DNA of 64,000 nucleotides. Origin: Candidatus Falkowbacteria bacterium (lineage in GTDB: Bacteria; Patescibacteriota; Patescibacteriia; Patescibacteriales; UBA12465). Location: the NCBI GenBank assembly GCA_037134915.1, contig JBAXLJ010000002.1:128935-192934 (forward strand). The letters are read 5' to 3'. Made by a program: the position numbers and the translations under genes. Below are positions 1-9,546 of the stretch, piece by piece. How positions within the stretch are numbered: the first letter of the stretch is position 1; each line of letters begins with the position of its first letter. The notes below the pieces were generated by a model that did no database searches, was not told where the DNA came from, and was given only the letters and a program-made list of their open reading frames with translations.

Positions 1-16
1 TTGTTAAAGTGAGGCT

Positions 17-1441
17 ATGATAGCTTCACTTTTTTTAGCGGCTAATTCCGGTTTATTAGTTGGCGTGGCGCTGGCGTCTTTTAAAATATCTTTAAATATT
101 TTGGGGTTACTGCTTTTTATTTTTTTATTTTTTAGACCAAAATTTAAAATTATTTTAGTATTTTTAATTTTTTTAATTTTTGGTTTTTGGCGTTACAACA
201 CCTATGAACGTAAATCTTTGGCGGTTGATTTAAGTAAGTATAACGGCCATAAAGTGGTTTTACAGGGAGTAGTTAGCGAAGAAGTTGACCCGGGTGGTAA
301 TTATCAGAAAGTAACAGTTTCTGTCAGTCAGATAAATGGTAAGGTAAGCAGCGGTTTAGTTTTGGTCTCACTTAGTAAATATCCAGAATTTAAATATGGC
401 GATATTTTAGAACTCAGTGGCAACTTAGCGGCTCCTAATAATTTTTCTGATTTTAAATATGACAGATATTTGGCGCGCTATGATATCTATTCCGTGATGT
501 CTTGGCCAAAAGTCACTGTTAAGGGCTACCGCTTCGATTTTTATGCTAGGTTATTAAATTTCAAATCTAAAGTTTATCAAATAATTAACTTAGCTTTACC
601 TGAGCCGGAGGCAGGGCTCGCCAGCGCCTTACTTCTGGGCTATAAAGGAACTTTGGATACGGCCGAGAAAAATGCTTTCTCTTGCTGTGGCTTGAGTCAT
701 ATTGTGGCTATTTCCGGTTCGCATTTAACCTTGCTTTCAGCTCTAGCCTTTGATTTTTTGTTGTTTTTTGGTTTATCAAATCGGCAAGCTTTTAGGCCAG
801 TAGTAATTTTTTTGTGGTTTTATACCTTTTTAACTGGCCCACAAACTTCCGCTCTACGGGCGGCGCTGATGGGTCATTTAACTTTATGGGGCAAGCAGAA
901 TGGTCGTCAAGATGCTGGCGGCCGCTTACTGGTTACGGCCGCAGCGATGATGCTTTTACTTAATCCATTATTACTTCGTGATGATCTAGGTTTTCAGTTG
1001 TCATTTTTAGCGATGCTAGCTTTAATTTACTTTTGTCCCTGGGGTGAAAAAATCTGGGGTCAGGGAAGTCTTAAAAGCGTTATTATTTTAACTAGTGCCG
1101 CTCAACTTCTAACCTGGCCAATTTCGGCCTTAAATTTTGGTCGTTTTTCAATAATCGCGCCTCTAGCTAATTTATTAGTGGTTTGGATTTTTGCCTGGCT
1201 GCTACCCGCTTTATTATTAGGAGCGGCTTTATCCTGGATAATCCCAGTTTTAAGAGTTTTGTGGTTTATGCCGTCTTATTTTATGCTAAAATATGTCATT
1301 TTACTGAGTAATTGGCTCTCTACCTGGCCTCAGGCTTGCCTCGACTTAAAAATCAGCCCCAGAACTCTAGTTATCTATTATATTATTTTAATATTAGTCT
1401 ATTTTTTATTAAATAAGCGGGTCGCTCAGCGTCTTAGTTGA
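17..1441 (+). CDS. comEC: ComEC/Rec2-family competence membrane protein (N-terminal DUF4131-like plus competence domain; no C-terminal metallo-beta-lactamase domain)
   Basis: 474-aa polytopic ORF. The motif GLSHIVAISGSHLTLL is typical of the ComEC competence domain. The ORF ends directly after the membrane domain. Confidence 0.75.
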   Translation: MIASLFLAANSGLLVGVALASFKISLNILGLLLFIFLFFRPKFKIILVFLIFLIFGFWRYNTYERKSLAVDLSKYNGHKVVLQGVVSEEVDPGGNYQKVTVSVSQINGKVSSGLVLVSLSKYPEFKYGDILELSGNLAAPNNFSDFKYDRYLARYDIYSVMSWPKVTVKGYRFDFYARLLNFKSKVYQIINLALPEPEAGLASALLLGYKGTLDTAEKNAFSCCGLSHIVAISGSHLTLLSALAFDFLLFFGLSNRQAFRPVVIFLWFYTFLTGPQTSALRAALMGHLTLWGKQNGRQDAGGRLLVTAAAMMLLLNPLLLRDDLGFQLSFLAMLALIYFCPWGEKIWGQGSLKSVIILTSAAQLLTWPISALNFGRFSIIAPLANLLVVWIFAWLLPALLLGAALSWIIPVLRVLWFMPSYFMLKYVILLSNWLSTWPQACLDLKISPRTLVIYYIILILVYFLLNKRVAQRLS

Positions 1442-1510
1442 CATAAATGATAATATATGATATAATAAGTTTATTAATCAGTATTTTAACAACCAAAAAA
1501 TATATAAAAG

Positions 1511-1825
1511 ATGGAAAAAGTATTTATTCTGATTATTGCCATTGCGGCGCTTATCATGATTATGGCCGCCTTAGGCATGCCGCTATCAGCCATTGTTAGG
1601 GCTAGTAAATTACCGGCCTGGGCCAAGTTTAATCCCAATAATTCTTGGGGAGTTGCCTGGCTTGATAAAAGCCGGTGGCTGAAAGTGATTTTAATAAAAC
1701 TGGGGCAAGCAGTAATTTTCTGCTTCCTATTTTTCATTAATTTTATTATCGCCGCCATCAAAGCGGCAATTAATGCCTTCGTTAAAGCACTCGAAGGGAC
1801 TGCCAAAAAGGTAGTAAAAAAATAA
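1511..1825 (+). CDS. small hydrophobic membrane protein, function unknown
   Basis: 104-aa ORF with two or three hydrophobic helices and a Lys-rich C-terminus, followed by a hairpin terminator. The overlapping antisense ORF 1486..1806 is less plausible. Confidence 0.45.
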   Translation: MEKVFILIIAIAALIMIMAALGMPLSAIVRASKLPAWAKFNPNNSWGVAWLDKSRWLKVILIKLGQAVIFCFLFFINFIIAAIKAAINAFVKALEGTAKKVVKK

Positions 1826-1873
1826 GATTGAGGGGGAAGTTAAACACAAGTTTAGCAACCCTCTTTTTTTGTA

Positions 1874-1907
1874 CAAAAAAACATCCACCAGTTGGCGGAT
1901 GTTTTTT
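1874..1907. terminator. bidirectional rho-independent terminator between convergent genes
   Basis: Stem AACATCCACC / GGCGGATGTT (one mismatch) with loop AGTT, flanked by an A-run upstream and a T-run downstream. Confidence 0.6.
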
Positions 1908-1920
1908 AAAAGTGTAAAAA

Positions 1921-2178
1921 TTATTTAGCAACCTTGGCTTTAACCACTCTTGGTTTTTTAACCACCTTAGCTGGTTTAGCTCCAGGAACCTTGGCTACTT
2001 TTACTTTGACGTCTTTAGCGGCGGTACGTAAGCAAGAAGTACAAACTTTAATTTTCATACCATCAATATTTTTGGTTTGCAAATTAATGTTTTGTCTTTT
2101 TAAAGTCTTAATTTTAGAATGAGAACGAGTCGCCCCTTTAGTTGAGCCGCGTCCGCATAAATCACAGGTTTTTCCCAT
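1921..2178 (-). CDS. rpmB: 50S ribosomal protein L28 with Lys-rich C-terminal tail
   Basis: The N-terminus MGKTCDLCGRGSTKGATRSHSKIKTLKRQNINLQ matches the L28 pattern (C-x-x-G...SHS..KT.R...NLQ). The tail is AKVPGAKPAKVVKKPRVVKAKVAK. Confidence 0.85.
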   Translation of the reverse strand: MGKTCDLCGRGSTKGATRSHSKIKTLKRQNINLQTKNIDGMKIKVCTSCLRTAAKDVKVKVAKVPGAKPAKVVKKPRVVKAKVAK

Positions 2179-2376
2179 ATTTGTTGATCATGTATCACGC
2201 CCGCACAACCTGGAGCCGTAAAGGCGGTTCGCGAAAACAATGATATTTTTTTTATGTTTCTGATATATATAAAATACCTAAGACCAAGGCTTACGTATCA
2301 AAGCTAATAATAACAAGGTTTTAAAAATTAATCAAGATGTGTTAAAATAAAGACATAATTTATTTAAATTTTTTGT

Positions 2377-2982
2377 ATGTTAGAATTATTTTCTGTTATC
2401 GTCTTAATCCTGTCGGCTACTATTCACGAATATATGCACGGATTTGCGGCTAATTGGCTCGGTGACCCGACCGCTAAAAATATGGGACGCCTAACACTTA
2501 ACCCGATTAAGCATTTAGATCTTTTTGGTTCAATCCTGCTACCACTAGCTCTGCTCTTAATGGGTTCTCATTTCTTGTTTGGCTGGGCTAAACCAGTGCC
2601 TTATAACCCCAATAACTTAAGCGATCGTAAATATGGCGATGCTAAAGTGGCGGTCGCCGGCCCCCTAGCTAATCTATTTATGGCCCTAGTTTTCTCGATG
2701 GTTCTTCGTTTTTTAGATCCGGCCAGTCTATTTTCCTATCTAGTTAGCGAGATCGTAATTATCAATTTGATTTTAATGGTATTTAATTTAGTGCCGATTC
2801 CGCCGCTAGACGGATCTAAAATTTTAGCCGTTTTTTTACCAGATAAATTAAGAAATAAGTTACTATACATGGATACCAGGCTGAGCATGCTCTTAGTTTT
2901 TGCCTTTGTTTTCTTTGGCTTTAGTTTTATAAGCCCCGTAATTTACTGGTTATTTGCCTTGCTTACCGGAATTAATCTTTAA
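2377..2982 (+). CDS. site-2 protease family (peptidase M50) membrane metalloprotease
   Basis: HEYMHG (HExxH) lies in the first TM helix, the ORF has several TM segments, and it has a PPLDGSK motif typical of M50 proteases. Confidence 0.8.
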   Translation: MLELFSVIVLILSATIHEYMHGFAANWLGDPTAKNMGRLTLNPIKHLDLFGSILLPLALLLMGSHFLFGWAKPVPYNPNNLSDRKYGDAKVAVAGPLANLFMALVFSMVLRFLDPASLFSYLVSEIVIINLILMVFNLVPIPPLDGSKILAVFLPDKLRNKLLYMDTRLSMLLVFAFVFFGFSFISPVIYWLFALLTGINL

Positions 2983-3104
2983 AATTTAACCAATTAAAAA
3001 GGCCTAAATCCTTAGGACTCGGGTCTTTTTTTATTTTTTAACTCTTCTTTAATAGGACTAGTGGCCTCTGGCTTAGTTTTTGGACGCCGGAGAACTTTCT
3101 TCTC

Positions 3105-3133
3105 TTGACTTATGCTAAGCTTTTTGATAAATT
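3105..3133 (+). promoter_or_regulatory. candidate sigma-70 promoter for the str operon
   Basis: TTGACT (3105-3110), a 17-nt spacer, then TAAATT (3128-3133). It sits about 80 nt upstream of rpsL. A GTCCTG/CAGGAC hairpin lies at 3160-3177 in the leader. Confidence 0.35.
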
Positions 3134-3215
3134 TATTGCACTGTTTAATAAAAAATTGTGTCCTGGCGTTTCAGGACTGTTTTAGTGTTTAAAATATAAT
3201 TATTTTAAGAAAATT

Positions 3216-3665
3216 ATGCCCACCATGAATCAACTCGTCCGTAAGGGTCGTAACCCCAAAGTAAGACGTCAAACCTCTTTAGCTTTGCATGTTAGCCTGG
3301 ACACTCTTCATCGTAAGAAGAAAGAGACTGCTAAAGGCGCTCCTTTTAAACAAGGTGTTTGCTTGAAAGTAACCACAACTACTCCTAAAAAACCTAACTC
3401 CGCTTTACGTAAAATTGCTCGTGTTAGATTGTCTAACGGCATGGAAGTGACCGCTTATATCCCTGGTATGGGACATAATTTACAGGAACACTCTATTGTT
3501 TTAGTAAAGGGTGGTAAAACTAAAGATCTTCCAGGTGTAAGATATAAGGTGATTCGCGGTGTTTATGATGCCTCTGGCGTTGAAGCCAGACGTAAGAGCC
3601 GTTCTAGCTATGGTGCTAAAAAGCCAAAAGCTGGCGCTGCCGCTCCTACTGGTAAGAAAAAGTAA
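3216..3665 (+). CDS. rpsL: 30S ribosomal protein S12 (with internal insertion and C-terminal extension)
   Basis: [12 protein letters not shown]...[13 protein letters not shown]...GHNLQEHS...KDLPGVRY are canonical S12 blocks. Confidence 0.95.
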   Translation: MPTMNQLVRKGRNPKVRRQTSLALHVSLDTLHRKKKETAKGAPFKQGVCLKVTTTTPKKPNSALRKIARVRLSNGMEVTAYIPGMGHNLQEHSIVLVKGGKTKDLPGVRYKVIRGVYDASGVEARRKSRSSYGAKKPKAGAAAPTGKKK

Positions 3666-3750
3666 TATTCATTTAATTAATAATAAAAATTAGAGTTGCT
3701 CTAATTCATGATAGTTCTTGCTATAGCTGGTAAGAGACTACTGAAAAATT

Positions 3751-4218
3751 ATGAGAGGTAAACAAGCTCCAAAAAGAGATATCGAAGGAGACGTAAAGTA
3801 TAGTGATAAGAACATCACTAAGTTTATTAATTACGTCATGGAAAGCGGTAAAAAATCAGTAGCTCAGAGAATCGTCTACGGTTCATTTGAGATTATTAAA
3901 GATAAAACCAAACAAGATCCTCGCCATGTGTTTAACAAGGCGATTAAAAAAGTTTCTCCATTAGTTGAGGTCCGCGGTAAACGCGTTGGTGGCGCTAATT
4001 ATCAGGTTCCTTTTCAAGTTCGTGGTGAAAGACGTTTTTATCTGGGTTGTAACTGGATTATCACTTCCGCTGATGCTAGAAAAGGCCGTTCTATGGCTGA
4101 AAAATTAGCTGCGGAAATTCTTGACGCCTCAAATGGTGAAGGCGCTGCAGTTAGAAAGCGTGATATGGTTCACAAAATGGCTGAAGCTAATAAAGCTTTC
4201 GCTCATTTCTCTCGTTAA
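3751..4218 (+). CDS. rpsG: 30S ribosomal protein S7
   Basis: 155 aa with GKKSVAQRIVY...VEVRGKRVGGANYQVP...AFAHFS, which are S7 hallmarks. It is in the conserved position after rpsL. Confidence 0.95.
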   Translation: MRGKQAPKRDIEGDVKYSDKNITKFINYVMESGKKSVAQRIVYGSFEIIKDKTKQDPRHVFNKAIKKVSPLVEVRGKRVGGANYQVPFQVRGERRFYLGCNWIITSADARKGRSMAEKLAAEILDASNGEGAAVRKRDMVHKMAEANKAFAHFSR

Positions 4219-4248
4219 TTTTATAAAATACTTCTTAATATAATACTT

Positions 4249-6333
4249 ATGCCTAGGGATTATTCTTTGGACAAAATTAGAAATATCGGCATCATGGCTC
4301 ACATCGATGCCGGAAAAACCACTTTTACAGAACGGGTTTTGTTTTACACTGGTAAAAAGCACAAAATCGGTGAAGTACACGAAGGAGCTGCTGAAATGGA
4401 CTGGATGGAACAAGAAAAAGAACGCGGTATTACTATTACTTCCGCGGCTACTACTTGTTTTTGGAAAAGCAATAAGATCAATATTATTGATACTCCAGGA
4501 CACGTTGATTTTACCGTTGAAGTAGAACGCTCTTTACGCGTTTTAGACGGTGCAATCGCAGTGTTTGATGGTCAAGCTGGGGTTGAGCCACAATCTGAAA
4601 CTGTGTGGCGCCAAGCTGATAAATATCACGTTCCACGATTATGTTTCATTAATAAGATGGACAAGATGGGGGCTGATTTTTACATGAGCTTAAATTCTAT
4701 CCGCACCCGTTTAAATCCTAAAGCGGTCGCCATTCAATTACCTATCGGTGCCGAAGATAATTTAAAAGGAGTAATTGATGTTATTGATAAGAAAGCCTAT
4801 GAATTTTCTGGAACCAATGGTGAAAATGTGGTTGAAATTCCGATTCCTGAAGATATGAAAGCTAAGGTTGATGAGTATCACAATGAATTAGTCGAAAAAG
4901 CGGTGGAGTGCGATGAAGTCACTATGGAAAAGTTTTTGAGTGGAGAAGAGGTCTCCATGGCTGAAGTTAAGGCCGCTATTCGTAAAGGGGTAATCGGAAA
5001 TATGATTTACCCAGTTTTATGCGGTACCGCTCTACAAAATATTGGTGTTCAATTTGCTCTTGATGCTGTTAATGATTATTTACCATCTCCTTTAGACGTT
5101 CCAGAATTAGATGGTATTGATTGTGACGATGAAACTAAAAAATATGAAGTTAAAGCTAACGACACTGAGCCTTTTGCTGGTTTAGCTTTTAAAATTGCCA
5201 CTGATCCTTTCGTGGGTAAACTTTGTTTCGTTCGTGTTTACAGCGGAGTTCTTGCCGCTGGTTCCTATATCGTTAATACTTCAACCGGGAACAAGGAACG
5301 CATTAGTCGTTTAGTTCGCATGCACGCTAATCACCGTGAAGAAATTAAAGAAATTTACGCTGGTGATATCGCGGCGGTTATTGGTTTAAAGAATACAACT
5401 ACTGGTAACACTTTGTGTGATGAAAGTCGCCAAATGTTCTTAGAATCTATTGTCTTCCCAGAACCAGTTATCAAGATTGCCGTTGAACCTAAGACTAAAG
5501 TTGATCAAGAAAAGATGGGCGTGGCTCTACAACGTTTAGCTGAAGAAGATCCTACTTTCCGCGTGGAAACTGATGAGGAAACGAATCAAGTTTTAATCTC
5601 CGGTATGGGTGAACTTCATCTTGATATTATCGTGGATCGGATGCGTCGTGAATTCGGGGTTGAAGCTAATGTCGGTAACCCACAGGTTTCCTATCGTGAA
5701 ACAATTACCAAAACCGCTGAAGCTCAAAATAAATACGTTAAGCAATCTGGTGGACGCGGTCAATACGGTGATTGTACTTTGCGCGTTATGCCACAGGAAG
5801 ACCCAAGTAAAGGTTTTGAATTTATTGATGAAGTTAAAGGTGGCGCTATTCCTCGTGAATATATCCCAGCGATTGAAAAAGGTGTCAAAGAAGCTTTGCT
5901 TTCCGGTGGCGTCGCCGGTTATCCAATGGTTAACGTTAAGGTGGCAGTGACCGATGGTTCCTATCATGAAGTTGACTCTTCCGAAATCGCCTTTAAGATG
6001 GCCGCTATTTTTGCCTTCCGTGACGCCTGCGCTAAAGCTGGTGCCGCTTTACTTGAACCGATTATGAAGGTTGAAGTGACGACTCCTGAAGAATACATGG
6101 GTAACATCATTGGTGATTTAAACGCCAAGCGTGGACAAATTGAAGAAATGGGTGATCGTCCGATTAAGATCAAAGTTATTAAGGCTAAAGTGCCACTTGC
6201 TGAAATGTTTGGCTACTCCACGGCGCTTCGTTCCATGTCTCAAGGACGCGCTAATTATTCTATGGAATTTTCTCATTATCATGAAGTACCTCGAAATATT
6301 CTAGAAACGATTAAGGAAAAGAATGGTAAATAA
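4249..6333 (+). CDS. fusA: elongation factor G
   Basis: 694 aa with G1 [21 protein letters not shown], and a full domain II-V sequence. Confidence 0.97.
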   Translation: MPRDYSLDKIRNIGIMAHIDAGKTTFTERVLFYTGKKHKIGEVHEGAAEMDWMEQEKERGITITSAATTCFWKSNKINIIDTPGHVDFTVEVERSLRVLDGAIAVFDGQAGVEPQSETVWRQADKYHVPRLCFINKMDKMGADFYMSLNSIRTRLNPKAVAIQLPIGAEDNLKGVIDVIDKKAYEFSGTNGENVVEIPIPEDMKAKVDEYHNELVEKAVECDEVTMEKFLSGEEVSMAEVKAAIRKGVIGNMIYPVLCGTALQNIGVQFALDAVNDYLPSPLDVPELDGIDCDDETKKYEVKANDTEPFAGLAFKIATDPFVGKLCFVRVYSGVLAAGSYIVNTSTGNKERISRLVRMHANHREEIKEIYAGDIAAVIGLKNTTTGNTLCDESRQMFLESIVFPEPVIKIAVEPKTKVDQEKMGVALQRLAEEDPTFRVETDEETNQVLISGMGELHLDIIVDRMRREFGVEANVGNPQVSYRETITKTAEAQNKYVKQSGGRGQYGDCTLRVMPQEDPSKGFEFIDEVKGGAIPREYIPAIEKGVKEALLSGGVAGYPMVNVKVAVTDGSYHEVDSSEIAFKMAAIFAFRDACAKAGAALLEPIMKVEVTTPEEYMGNIIGDLNAKRGQIEEMGDRPIKIKVIKAKVPLAEMFGYSTALRSMSQGRANYSMEFSHYHEVPRNILETIKEKNGK

Positions 6334-6373
6334 TTTTTTATCTTGAGTCACTTAGAAAAATTAATTTAAAAAT

Positions 6374-6721
6374 ATGTTTCCTGAGACGCTGAAGAAAATT
6401 TTAAAATTAATTAAAAAAACCGGTGACAAGGTAATTATTTATAATGAGAATGAGCCCGATAATTCCTGTGTTTTAATGGATTTGAGGGAATATGAGAATT
6501 TAGCAGCCAGTGATGGCGAAATTAAGGCAACCCTGATTAATAATACTAATTTTGAGACTAAGTCAGATTTGACAGCCGATAATTTAACTGATAGAATTAA
6601 CTGCGATATCTCGACCTGGAAGAATCAAGAAAATAGTCCATATTTAGCCGAAGAAAGTAAGTCTAGAAATCCTTGGGCAATTCCCGCTAAAATCAAGAAC
6701 GGGGCTCAAAAAGTTGAATAG
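6374..6721 (+). CDS. acidic hypothetical protein inserted between fusA and tuf
   Basis: 115-aa ORF on the same strand as the operon. The N-terminus (KVIIYNENEPDNSCVLMDLREYENL) faintly resembles Phd/YefM-type antitoxin folds. I recognise no other motif. Confidence 0.5.
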   Translation: MFPETLKKILKLIKKTGDKVIIYNENEPDNSCVLMDLREYENLAASDGEIKATLINNTNFETKSDLTADNLTDRINCDISTWKNQENSPYLAEESKSRNPWAIPAKIKNGAQKVE

Positions 6722-6814
6722 TTTTTATTAAAATTATAATAAAATAATTAATTTACAACGGCTGGTTTCCTCTTTGAAGGAGAAAACCCCTAGCGGGGGC
6801 CGTACACAAACAAA

Positions 6815-8002
6815 ATGGCAGAAAAATTTGACCGTTCCAAACCTCACGTCAACATTGGTACTATTGGCCACGTTGACCACGGGAAAACTACTTTAACCGC
6901 TGCTATGTTAGCAGTATTTGGTGCCGCCGGCATGAACGCTTCTAAGAAAGGTGTCAATGAAATTGACTCTGCTCCAGAAGAAAAGGCTCGTGGTATCACG
7001 ATTGCAACTGCTCACGTTGAATACGAATCCGCAACCAGACACTATGCTCACGTTGATTGTCCTGGCCACGCTGATTATGTCAAAAACATGATCACTGGTG
7101 CCGCTCAAATGGATGGTGCTATTTTAGTAGTATCTGCTACTGATGGCCCTATGCCTCAAACTCGTGAACACATCTTACTTGCTCGTCAAGTGGGCGTGCC
7201 TTATATCGTTGTTTTCTTAAACAAGTGCGATATGGTAGAAGACAAGGAATTAATTGACCTTGTTGAAGAAGAAATTCGCGATTTACTTAAGAAATATGAA
7301 TTCCCAGGAGATGAAACTCCAATTATCCGCGGTTCGGCTCTAAAAGCTTTAGAAAATCCAACCGGGGCTGATGCTGAACCAGTTATGAAGCTTATGGAAG
7401 CAATTGATTCTTACATCCCAACTCCTGTTCGTGATGTTGATCATGCTTTCTTAATGCCTATTGAAGATATCTTCTCAATCGAAGGTCGCGGTACTGTGGT
7501 GACTGGTAGAATTGAAAGAGGTATTATCAAAGTTGGTGAAGAAGTGGAAATCGTTGGTTTAATGGATACTAAGAAAACTACAGTTACTGGCGTTGAAATG
7601 TTCAACAAGTCTTTAGATCAAGGACAAGCTGGTGACAATGCCGGATTACTTCTTCGTGGTACTAAAAAGACCGAAGTTGAACGCGGACAAGTATTATGCA
7701 AACCAGGAACAATCACTCCTCATACCGAATTTGAAGCTGAAACTTATATTTTATCCAAGGATGAAGGTGGTCGTCACAAACCTTTCTTTAAAGGTTATAA
7801 GCCACAATTCTACATCCGTACTACTGATGTAACTGGAGAAGTTGAGTTACCAGAGGGTACTGAAATGGTTATGCCTGGAGATACTATTAATTTCAAAGTG
7901 AAATTAATTTCCCCAGTCGCTTTAGAAGAAAAACAGAGATTTGCTATTCGTGAAGGTGGCCGCACTGTTGGCGCCGGCGTGGTAGTTAAAATTATCAAAT
8001 AA
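6815..8002 (+). CDS. tuf: elongation factor Tu
   Basis: 395 aa with [22 protein letters not shown] and a GRTVGAG C-terminus. Confidence 0.98.
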   Translation: MAEKFDRSKPHVNIGTIGHVDHGKTTLTAAMLAVFGAAGMNASKKGVNEIDSAPEEKARGITIATAHVEYESATRHYAHVDCPGHADYVKNMITGAAQMDGAILVVSATDGPMPQTREHILLARQVGVPYIVVFLNKCDMVEDKELIDLVEEEIRDLLKKYEFPGDETPIIRGSALKALENPTGADAEPVMKLMEAIDSYIPTPVRDVDHAFLMPIEDIFSIEGRGTVVTGRIERGIIKVGEEVEIVGLMDTKKTTVTGVEMFNKSLDQGQAGDNAGLLLRGTKKTEVERGQVLCKPGTITPHTEFEAETYILSKDEGGRHKPFFKGYKPQFYIRTTDVTGEVELPEGTEMVMPGDTINFKVKLISPVALEEKQRFAIREGGRTVGAGVVVKIIK

Positions 8003-8009
8003 GTACATA

Positions 8010-8036
8010 GGCCTGCTCTCAGCTTGAGGGCGGGCC
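8010..8036 (+). terminator. hairpin downstream of tuf (possible terminator or attenuator)
   Basis: GGCCTGCTC / GAGGGCGGGCC form about 9 bp including G-U pairs, followed by a T-rich tract GTGTTTATTTT. Confidence 0.4.
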
Positions 8037-8167
8037 GCTTGTGTTTATTTTAAACAAAGCCGAAGTGTCTTAAGTCTTCAAAGTTTATCAGCTATTTAGG
8101 AGGGGGCGACGTTTGACTCACGTGGCCGGAAATAGTCTACTTTTGACTTTACATGAGGCGAGATATT

Positions 8168-8500
8168 ATGTCTGAAAACAAAAAAGAAGAGTTCAAACAA
8201 AGAATTCGCATTAAAATTAAAGCGTTCGATCACAAAATCATTGATCAGTCTACTAAGACCATCGTTGAAACTATTGAACGTAGTGATGCCCAATTTTTCG
8301 GTCCGATTCCACTTCCGACTGAAATTAGAAAGTACACTGTAAATCGCTCAACCTTTGTGCATAAAGATGCCAGAGATCAATACGAAATGAGAATTCACAA
8401 ACGCATTATCGACATTGTCGATCCCAATGCCAAGACCATTGAAGACTTAACTAGCTTAAATCTTCCAGCTGGTGTTGACGTCGAGATAAAAATGCAGTAA
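8168..8500 (+). CDS. rpsJ: 30S ribosomal protein S10
   Basis: [16 protein letters not shown]...[22 protein letters not shown] is canonical S10. I prefer the ATG at 8168 over the ORF-track start at 8153. Confidence 0.93.
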   Translation: MSENKKEEFKQRIRIKIKAFDHKIIDQSTKTIVETIERSDAQFFGPIPLPTEIRKYTVNRSTFVHKDARDQYEMRIHKRIIDIVDPNAKTIEDLTSLNLPAGVDVEIKMQ

Positions 8501-8706
8501 ACTAAAGAAGTAATTTTATACAAGAATAGGGCCAAGGATAGTTTAAATAACTCTTAACAAGCGTTAGGAAAGTGTTTGAGCAGTAATTAGCCTGAAAACA
8601 CGGAGGTAGACAGTCAGATAAAACAAAAATCCCTTTTATTAATACAAAGATTTGTTTTGTTTTTGAAGCTGGCCTAAATACCAGTTTTTTTGTTTTAAAA
8701 AACAAT

Positions 8707-9522
8707 ATGAAATTTATCCTAGGAAAAAAAATGCAAATGACCCAAATTTGGGCAAACGACAAGGTGATGGCCGTCACTCCGGTTTTGGCTGGACCTTGCA
8801 CCGTTACACAGGTTAAAACTAAAGAGACCGATAGTTACGATGCTCTTCAGGTAGCCTTTGGTAATAGGAAAGAAAAGAATATTAAAAAGCCACAGATCGG
8901 CCATTTTAAAGCGGCCGGTGTTAAGCCGACTCGAGTTCGTGAACTTCGCGCTGAAGTTAGCGGTGCCAAGGTAGGTGATGTAATTACCGTGGCTACTTTT
9001 GAAGAAGGCGACACGATTGACGTGACTGGCACTTCAAAGGGTAAGGGTTTTCAGGGGGTTGTGAAACGTCATCATTTTGCTGGCGGTCGCAAATCTCATG
9101 GTAACAAGGATCAACTCCGTATGGGTGGTTCTGTTGGAGCTAAGGGCCCGGCTCACATTTTTAAAAATACTCGCATGCCTGGTCGCATGGGTAACGAAAC
9201 TGTAACTGTCAAAAATTTAGAAGTTGTTAAGATTGACTTAGAAAATAACATCTTATTTGTTAAAGGTGCTGTTCCTGGGGCTATTAATGGTTTTATTACC
9301 ATCAAAGGCCAAGGTGATCTTAAATTTAACGTAGTAGCGGAAGCTCCAGTTGTTCCAGAAGTTGTTGAAGAAGTCGTGGTTCCAGAAGAAAAAAACGAAG
9401 CTCCGGTCGAAGCTACGCTTGAAACATCGGAAGAAACTCCAGTCGTAGAAGAAGCAGTAACTGAAGAAGTTGCTCCTGAAACTACCGAAAGTGTTACTCC
9501 GGCTGAAAGTGAAAATAAATAA
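8707..9522 (+). CDS. rplC: 50S ribosomal protein L3 with a C-terminal tail of about 65 aa rich in Glu, Val and Pro
   Basis: MKFILGKKMQMTQIW...GKGFQGVVKRHHF is the L3 core. The tail runs from about aa 208 (VVAEAPVVPEVVEEVVVPEE...). Confidence 0.93.
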   Translation: MKFILGKKMQMTQIWANDKVMAVTPVLAGPCTVTQVKTKETDSYDALQVAFGNRKEKNIKKPQIGHFKAAGVKPTRVRELRAEVSGAKVGDVITVATFEEGDTIDVTGTSKGKGFQGVVKRHHFAGGRKSHGNKDQLRMGGSVGAKGPAHIFKNTRMPGRMGNETVTVKNLEVVKIDLENNILFVKGAVPGAINGFITIKGQGDLKFNVVAEAPVVPEVVEEVVVPEEKNEAPVEATLETSEETPVVEEAVTEEVAPETTESVTPAESENK

Positions 9523-9546
9523 AAGTTATTAGTATAAGTGAAAAAT

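Noticed and set aside
1486-1806. 106-aa minus-strand ORF overlapping the 104-aa plus-strand ORF 1511..1825
   Set aside because: Only one of the two can be real. The plus-strand product has clearer TM helices and reads into the bidirectional terminator at 1874-1907. The choice remains uncertain.
4129-6173. Several 60-124-aa ORFs inside or antisense to fusA (4129..4503, 4307..4525, 5593..5967, 5609..5950, 5964..6173)
   Set aside because: They are embedded in a highly conserved EF-G coding sequence and are typical shadow ORFs.
6722-6814. Considered a tRNA gene upstream of tuf, as in the tufB operons of other bacteria
   Set aside because: The region forms two small hairpins (GGTTTCC…GGAGAAAACC and CCCC-TAGC-GGGG), but no cloverleaf, no T-loop GTTCRA motif and no acceptor pairing.
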